A DNA stretch of 64,000 nucleotides from Polyangiales bacterium (GTDB taxonomy: Bacteria; Myxococcota_A; Polyangia; Polyangiales; Houyiibacteriaceae). The notes beneath the pieces were generated by a model, which was not told the DNA's origin, did not search any database, and saw only the letters and a list, made by a program, of their open reading frames with translations. The stretch's first letter is position 1. Every line of letters starts with the position of its first letter. The DNA is taken from contig JBGCFM010000039.1 in assembly GCA_045106895.1 (NCBI GenBank), forward strand, positions 192,001-256,000. Reading direction: 5' to 3'. Position numbers and translations under genes: made by a program. Positions 57,964 through 64,000 of the stretch are shown here, piece after piece.

Positions 57964-59556
57964 GTGCGCATCTCAACTCCTAAACTCGGCCGCAAGGGCC
58001 GGCCCCTTCGCATCGCTTACGGACGCTTCTTTCACGAGGCCAACGCCTACTCGCCGAAGCTCGTCGAAGAGGCTGACTTCCGAGGAATGCATCGCATGGA
58101 AGGTGAAGCCCTCGCGCAGGCGTGCACGGTTCGCGGCTCCGAACTTGAGGGCTACCTCCCCCACGCTGAGCTCACAGGTTTTGTCCAGGCAGCGCGGCTC
58201 GCGGGCCGCGTCACCACCGTTCCCCTCGCCTCTTCGTTGAGCGTCCCAGGAGGTCCCATCAGCCGCGCTTGCTTCGACTGGCTCGTTGAAGACCTCCTCG
58301 AACGCATCCGCCAGGCAGGTCCCCTCGACGGCGTCTATCTCGCCCTCCACGGCTCCTCCGAAGTCGACGGCCTCGCCGAGTCGCCGGAGGCCTATCTCAT
58401 CAGGCACGTGCGAGAGCTCGTGGGCGCCGAGGTGCGCATCGCCGTCAGCTATGATCTTCACGCCAACCTCTCGGCGGACATGATCGACCCCATCGACATT
58501 CTCATCGGGTACCGAACGAACCCCCATTGGGACCTCGCGCCGACGGGCTTTCGCGCCGGCAACCGTCTGATTCGAACCTTGCGTGGCGAGCTGAAGCCCG
58601 TTCATGCGTGGCGTAAACTGCCCATGGTTCTCGGAGGCGGCCTCACCATCGACTTCATGAATCCGATGCGCGGCGTATTTCGCTTCATGAAGAGACTCGA
58701 AGACGACCCCCGCGTCATCTCTGCCAGCCTGTTCATGGTGCATCCCTACACCAGCGCCGACAACCTCGGTTGGGCCGTCCACGTATGCACGAACGACGAA
58801 AGCGCCCTCGCCGACAAGCTCGCCGACGAGCTCGCCGACAAGGCCTGGGCACAGCGCGAGGTGGAGCTTCCACCGCTCCAGAACGCCGCCGCCGCCCTCG
58901 ACGAAGCGGTGACAAAGAAGCGTCTGCTGCCCGTGACCTTCGTCGACGTCGATGACATCGTCGGCGCAGGCGCCCCCGGCGGGAACACTCAAATCGTCGC
59001 GGAGTTGGTGAAGAAAGACCGTGGGCTCAAAGCGATGGTACCGGTCCACGACCCGGCCCTCGTCGAGCAGCTCTGGGACGCGCCCGCTGGCTCCACCCAC
59101 GACGTCGTTCTCCGCGGCACACCGGGATACGGAATGCCAGAGGTCGCCCTACGTGTTCGCGTCGAAGATCGATGCGAGTCGGACTTCGGCAAGCTGATAC
59201 GCCTGGACTCCGGGTCGTTCCACATCGCTATCGGAGAGCGCTCTCCGCTTCCCGTCAGTCCACGCTTTTGGCGAGACCTCGGTCTCGATCCACGTCGCGC
59301 CGACGTCCTCGTGCAGAAGAACTTCTTCCACTACCGAATGTTCTACGCCACGACCTCGTGGTCCCACGTCGGAGTCGTCAGCGATGGAGCGACGAGCCTC
59401 GCTCGCGTCCGCGCTCGGAACTACCAAGTGCCCACCTACCCGGCGCAAGAACCGAAGCGGTGGCAGACCCATGATGCCGCCCTCCGCGCCCTCAGCGGAA
59501 CGCGTCTCGAACAGCTCAAAGACCCCTCTCCGGCAAACGCGCCAGCGCCGTGCTGA
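57964..59556 (+). CDS. M81 family (MlrC-like) metallopeptidase
   Basis: HEANAYSP, LDGVYLALHG, DLHAN, YRTNPHWD, D..GAGAPG. Confidence 0.88.
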   Translation: MRISTPKLGRKGRPLRIAYGRFFHEANAYSPKLVEEADFRGMHRMEGEALAQACTVRGSELEGYLPHAELTGFVQAARLAGRVTTVPLASSLSVPGGPISRACFDWLVEDLLERIRQAGPLDGVYLALHGSSEVDGLAESPEAYLIRHVRELVGAEVRIAVSYDLHANLSADMIDPIDILIGYRTNPHWDLAPTGFRAGNRLIRTLRGELKPVHAWRKLPMVLGGGLTIDFMNPMRGVFRFMKRLEDDPRVISASLFMVHPYTSADNLGWAVHVCTNDESALADKLADELADKAWAQREVELPPLQNAAAALDEAVTKKRLLPVTFVDVDDIVGAGAPGGNTQIVAELVKKDRGLKAMVPVHDPALVEQLWDAPAGSTHDVVLRGTPGYGMPEVALRVRVEDRCESDFGKLIRLDSGSFHIAIGERSPLPVSPRFWRDLGLDPRRADVLVQKNFFHYRMFYATTSWSHVGVVSDGATSLARVRARNYQVPTYPAQEPKRWQTHDAALRALSGTRLEQLKDPSPANAPAPC

Positions 59557-59603
59557 GCATGAACTCGAATACCTGACGCCCCGGGGAGTGTTGAGCCGAG
59601 ACT

Positions 59604-61121
59604 CTAAACGGACGTCAAACCGTCCGCGAAGAACTGAGCGAAACGTTCCCCGAGCATCAGCGTAGGAAAGTGAGTGTTGGAGCTCGGCACGGTGGGGAAG
59701 AGGCTGGCGTCCGCGACGTAGAGACCTTCGACACCGCGTACACGTCCGCGCTCGTCGGTGACGGCCAGCGGGTCGCTCGCTTCTCCCATCTTCACCGTGC
59801 CACACGGGTGGTAGCCACTGCCCGTTTGGCGCGGGATCCACTCGCGGAGCGCTTTTCGGCTGGAGAACATTCGCTCGCTCGGCGCGGCGAAGGTCGCGAG
59901 CTCTCGCATCGCGGGACTCGACGCACAGAGCCAAGCAAGCTCCATGGCTTCGCACGCCTTTTCAAGATCATCTGGCTCAAGCAAAAAGTCGGACTCGATG
60001 CGAGGACGCGCATGCGGATCAGCGCTCTCAAAGAAGATGCGTCCTTCGCCGGACGGCTTCCCGATGGAGGTCATGATCATCACGAGCGGAGCGTCGCCGG
60101 AAGGCAGCGGGACGAAGGAGCCCGGCTGCAGCTGCATCTCATCCTTGTAAGTGCTGTTGCGGGCCGTGTAGCGCAGCGCGGTTTGAATGAGCGGGTCTGA
60201 GAGACGCACGACGCCAGGCTTGGCCAACATGAACATAGTGACGCCCGGATGATCGAGAAGCCGCGCGCCGACGGGAGCATCCATCACGAGGTCGACGCCG
60301 AGGCGCTCGAGCTGTGCGCGGGGTCCAACGCCCGAGCGGATCAAGATCCCCGGCGTGCCGATGGCGCCTCCGGAGAGCACGACCTCCTTGGCGAAGTGTT
60401 GGACGACTTCGCCTCGGTGCTCGACCTCGACACCAACGGCACGCTGTCCTTCGAAGAGAACGCGCCGAACGTGAGAGTCCGCGAAGATCGTCAGCGAAGA
60501 GCGGGCACGCACTTTGTCGTCGAGGTAACACCGAGCGGCGTTCATTCGTTCGCCGTTGATCTTGTTCATCGCGTGAGGGCCAACCCCCGTCTTCGAGAGA
60601 TCGTTGTGGTCGTCGCAGGACTCAAAACCCAGACTCTGCGCGGCGTCAATGAACGCCGCCTGCCAAGGCACAAGCTCCTCCGGCGTGTGACGTCGAACCG
60701 GAATAGGTCCCTCATGCCCGTGAACATCGCCCTCGGGAAAATCGTGATCCGTTTCGATGCTGCGAAACGCGTCGAGGCACTCGTCCCAGGTCCAACCCGG
60801 GAGCCCCCATTCATCGAAGTCGTAGCGCTGGCCACGTAGCGCGATGCACGTGTTCACCGCGGAGCTGCCCCCGACGATACGGCCGCGCGGGTACATCATC
60901 GGGGACGATTCAGGGCGCGAACGATGGGCGAAACCCCAGTCGTGCGCCTTCATCGAGTTTCGCGTGCCATCGCGAATATCCGGAGGGATCTCTTGAGGGT
61001 CCGGGCCTGCCTCGACGAGGGCGACGCTTCGCTGCCCGCCTTCGGACAAGCGCCTTGCGAGCACTGCGCCCGCGGCCCCCGCTCCCACGATCAGAATATC
61101 GAAGCGTTCGCTTGATGCCAC
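59604..61121 (-). CDS. GMC oxidoreductase (choline dehydrogenase-like)
   Basis: GAGAAG, GGSSAVN, SGVGP, HPCGTVKMG, VADASLFP, NT. Confidence 0.92.
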   Translation of the reverse strand: MASSERFDILIVGAGAAGAVLARRLSEGGQRSVALVEAGPDPQEIPPDIRDGTRNSMKAHDWGFAHRSRPESSPMMYPRGRIVGGSSAVNTCIALRGQRYDFDEWGLPGWTWDECLDAFRSIETDHDFPEGDVHGHEGPIPVRRHTPEELVPWQAAFIDAAQSLGFESCDDHNDLSKTGVGPHAMNKINGERMNAARCYLDDKVRARSSLTIFADSHVRRVLFEGQRAVGVEVEHRGEVVQHFAKEVVLSGGAIGTPGILIRSGVGPRAQLERLGVDLVMDAPVGARLLDHPGVTMFMLAKPGVVRLSDPLIQTALRYTARNSTYKDEMQLQPGSFVPLPSGDAPLVMIMTSIGKPSGEGRIFFESADPHARPRIESDFLLEPDDLEKACEAMELAWLCASSPAMRELATFAAPSERMFSSRKALREWIPRQTGSGYHPCGTVKMGEASDPLAVTDERGRVRGVEGLYVADASLFPTVPSSNTHFPTLMLGERFAQFFADGLTSV

Positions 61122-61220
61122 GTCCGAAGCCTATCAGGTCGTTCGCCCCTGCTGTGGATTTCGTCGTCCGCAGGCGCCTTCCCCTTCCGTCGCCGGCGCG
61201 ATAGTGAGTATGCTCGCCCC

Positions 61221-62591
61221 ATGGACACAGAGCAGATTCGCGAAGAGTTCGAGCGACGCGGAATCAAGAAGGTGCGACTCGGCGGCTTTGACGTCGACGG
61301 AGTGCTGCGTGGCAAGTTCGTGAGCCTTTCCAAGTTCTGGTCCGCCATGGAGAAAGGCTTCGGATTCTGCGATGTCATCTTCGGCTGGGACATCGGGGAC
61401 CAACTCTACGACAACGCGACCGTCACCGGCTGGGACAGCGGCTTTCCCGACGCTCTCGCGCGCATCGACGCGAGCACCATGCGCGTCGACCCCTCATCTC
61501 CAGACACAGCGTACTTCCTAGTCGACTTCAACACGCCGGAGGGCAAGCCGCACCCCGCGTGCCCCCGCTCGCTCCTGAAACGCGTCACCGCACGCGCTGA
61601 GGCCTCCGGGTATCGCCCGAAGTTCAGCGCGGAGTTTGAGTTTTGGGTTTTCCAAGAGACGCCGGATAGTCTTCACGCCAAGGACTTCCGCCAGCTCAAA
61701 CCCCTCACGCCGGGAATGTTCGGCTACAGCTGGGTTCGTCAGAGTCAGTGCGCACCTTTCGCTCATGACATCCTGGACACGATGGAAGCCATCGGCATCG
61801 AGATCGAAGGCCTGCACACGGAGACCGGGCCAGGCGTTTGGGAGGCAGCGATCCGCTACGACGACGTCGTCGCCGCCGCAGACCAAGCCGCGTTGTTCAA
61901 GACCACGATGAAAGAGATCGCGCATCGCCACGGTCTCGCCCTGACGTTCATGGCAAAGTGGAACGCGGACCTTCCCGGCTCCAGTGGTCACATTCATCAG
62001 TCACTCTGGGATTCCACGGGCGAGACGAACCTTTTCACCGGCGATCGCAAAGGCCACGCGAAGGACCCCCTCAGCCCGCTCGCCCGCCAGTACATCGCTG
62101 GCCTGGCTCGCTCGGCACCGGAACTCACCGCACTCTACTCGCCCTTCATCAACTCCTACCGGCGCTACGTTCCCGGTATGTGGGCTCCGCTGACTTCGTC
62201 GTGGGGCATCGAGAACCGGACGTGCTCCTTGCGAGTGATCACCGGCCCAGGAGCCAGCGCGACGCGCGTCGAGCTCCGGCAAACCGCCGCGGACATCAAC
62301 CCCTACGTTGCCATGGCGGCTTCCCTCGGCGCTGGGCTTCAAGGCATCCAGGAAGCGATGGAGCTCCCGCCGGAGACCAAGGGCGACGCCACCCGCGCCG
62401 GTGCCCAGGGTTCGCCTCTGCCCACCACTCTTCGTGACGCCGCCCTGCGGCTGAGTGAGAGCGAAAACGCGCGCACCATTCTTGGCGAGGCGTTCGTCGA
62501 TCACTACGTTCGGCGTTGCGACTGGGAAGATCGCGAATACCGCAAGAGCGTGTCCAGCTGGGAACTCGCCCGCTACTTCGAGGCCGTATGA
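61221..62591 (+). CDS. glutamine synthetase-like (gamma-glutamylamide ligase) protein
   Basis: GVLRGK, EFEF, HTETGPGVWE, TFMAKW, GSSGHIHQSL, ENRT, RVELR, NPY. Confidence 0.9.
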   Translation: MDTEQIREEFERRGIKKVRLGGFDVDGVLRGKFVSLSKFWSAMEKGFGFCDVIFGWDIGDQLYDNATVTGWDSGFPDALARIDASTMRVDPSSPDTAYFLVDFNTPEGKPHPACPRSLLKRVTARAEASGYRPKFSAEFEFWVFQETPDSLHAKDFRQLKPLTPGMFGYSWVRQSQCAPFAHDILDTMEAIGIEIEGLHTETGPGVWEAAIRYDDVVAAADQAALFKTTMKEIAHRHGLALTFMAKWNADLPGSSGHIHQSLWDSTGETNLFTGDRKGHAKDPLSPLARQYIAGLARSAPELTALYSPFINSYRRYVPGMWAPLTSSWGIENRTCSLRVITGPGASATRVELRQTAADINPYVAMAASLGAGLQGIQEAMELPPETKGDATRAGAQGSPLPTTLRDAALRLSESENARTILGEAFVDHYVRRCDWEDREYRKSVSSWELARYFEAV

Positions 62592-64000
62592 AGAACCCAT
62601 TCAAACTACTCTCTGAACGTCCGCTTCGCCTGCCGAGGATGAAGCCCTACGTACCTCAGCCCGACGACCCGAGTATTTATTGGTTCAACTCGGAGCGCGC
62701 CGAGATCATCGAGGAGACGGGGCGCCGCGTCGCAGAGCAACACTCCAAGAGTCGCGAGAAGCTAGAGATCGTCCTCAACGATGCCGCGATTCACGAGAGC
62801 GCTCGCCTGGAGAAACAGCGCGACTTCGAGGCAGAACAAAGCCTCGGGTTTTGGCGCGGGCTCTCCCGCCGAATCGCCCGCATGAGTGACGCTGAGAAGC
62901 GTGACGCGGCATCCCGAATCGCGACACGCTTTGCCAAAGACGTCGCCGGCAACTTCGACCCACGGGTCTACGCCATGAGCCGCCACGTGGTGCCTCGACT
63001 CCTCACAGGTGTGATGCGACCGTCGGAGCTCCCGGCGGCCATGCGTTCCGGCGGAACCGAGATCCCCCCGAGCTCAAGTCTCGACCGACTCATCCGCGTC
63101 GAAGGAAACGTCGACCGACTTCGGCGCCTGCAGAAAGACGGAACGCTCGTCTACGTTCCGACGCACTCGTCGAACTTGGACTCCATCGTCCTCGGACGCG
63201 CCATGGAGCTCTCGAACCTGAGCCCCGTCGTCTACGGCGCCGGCAAGAACCTCTTCACGAATCCGATCATCAGCTTCTTCATGCACAACCTCGGTGCCTA
63301 TCGGGTCGACCGACGTATCCGTGCGCGCATCTACAAAGACGTCCTGAAGATGTACTCGCAGGTGATGATCGAGCGCGGATATCACTCGCTCTTCTTTCCC
63401 GGCGGAACACGCTCCCGCTCCAACCACATCGAACAGCGCCTCAAGCTCGGGCTGGCAGGCTCGGCGGTCAACGCCTTCGCGCACAACCAGGTTCGTGGTG
63501 TCGCACGCCGAGTCTTCTTTGTCCCCACCACCATCAACTACGAGCTCGTTCTCGAAGCCGAGACGCTGTCCGAGGACTGGCTAAAAGAGAGCGGCTCCGC
63601 CCGCTACATCATCGAGGACGATGAGTTCTCGCGTATCGACCGCTGGGTCTCGTTCTTTCGGAAGGTCACCACACAAGACTCGGCCTGCGTGGTTCGTTTC
63701 GGCGAACCCATCGACCCCTTCGGAAACCCCGTCGCCGACGACGGCCGCTCGGTGGGTCCAAGCGGCGAAGCGTTCAACCCCCGCTCCTACGTCGTTCGAC
63801 GCGGCGTCGCGACGCTCGACTCCGCTCGGGACGCTGCCTACACAACGGACCTCGGCGAGGTCCTCGTCGAGCAGTACCCCAAGAACACGGTGGTCATGGC
63901 GACGGCCGTCGTGGCTCATGTCCTGTATCGGCGCCTCGTCCGCCAAACACTCAAGATGGATCTCTTCAGTCGCCTCCGGCTGCGGGGCGAGGTCAGCGTC
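62588..64000 (+). CDS. glycerol-3-phosphate acyltransferase (PlsB-like), 3'-truncated
   Basis: HSSNLD (HX4D), GAGKNL, GAYRVDR, FPGGTRSRS; ATGA overlap; absent from the ORF track because no stop falls in the window. Confidence 0.85.
   Translation, partial: MKNPFKLLSERPLRLPRMKPYVPQPDDPSIYWFNSERAEIIEETGRRVAEQHSKSREKLEIVLNDAAIHESARLEKQRDFEAEQSLGFWRGLSRRIARMSDAEKRDAASRIATRFAKDVAGNFDPRVYAMSRHVVPRLLTGVMRPSELPAAMRSGGTEIPPSSSLDRLIRVEGNVDRLRRLQKDGTLVYVPTHSSNLDSIVLGRAMELSNLSPVVYGAGKNLFTNPIISFFMHNLGAYRVDRRIRARIYKDVLKMYSQVMIERGYHSLFFPGGTRSRSNHIEQRLKLGLAGSAVNAFAHNQVRGVARRVFFVPTTINYELVLEAETLSEDWLKESGSARYIIEDDEFSRIDRWVSFFRKVTTQDSACVVRFGEPIDPFGNPVADDGRSVGPSGEAFNPRSYVVRRGVATLDSARDAAYTTDLGEVLVEQYPKNTVVMATAVVAHVLYRRLVRQTLKMDLFSRLRLRGEVSV

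Overview
High-GC bacterial chromosomal segment, most likely Myxococcota (Polyangiales/Sandaracinus-like). This is inferred from many 'CGDD/CGG' lipoproteins with DAG-rich linkers, a zinc-ribbon/Pro-rich/TPR membrane protein, a Ser/Thr kinase and several sigma54 activators. It holds about 58 CDS and one tRNA-Thr(CGT). Housekeeping genes: katG, an enlarged glmS, purB-purC-purS, murJ, zapA-ygfA, uvrC, yggX, a GS-like ligase and a partial PlsB-like acyltransferase. There is also a MoxR/DUF58/SpoIIM/RDD operon and accessory lipoproteins, including a plant-type GH19 chitinase. I found no integrase, transposase, reverse transcriptase, CRISPR array or recognisable defence system. The most interesting signals are regulatory. 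(1) A NorR-like GAF/sigma54 activator lies divergent to an exported KatG, with a visible -24/-12 promoter, palindromic enhancer sites and an unannotated small membrane peptide. (2) A second sigma54-like promoter plus small TM peptide sits upstream of murJ with the same geometry. (3) A sigma54-driven orphan FliA-like sigma factor has phased enhancer repeats. (4) There is a window-wide leaderless-mRNA signature (TAnnnT 5-7 nt before the start codon). (5) A 4x11-bp phased heptamer array lies near the tRNA. All family calls are by motif recognition; no searches were run.
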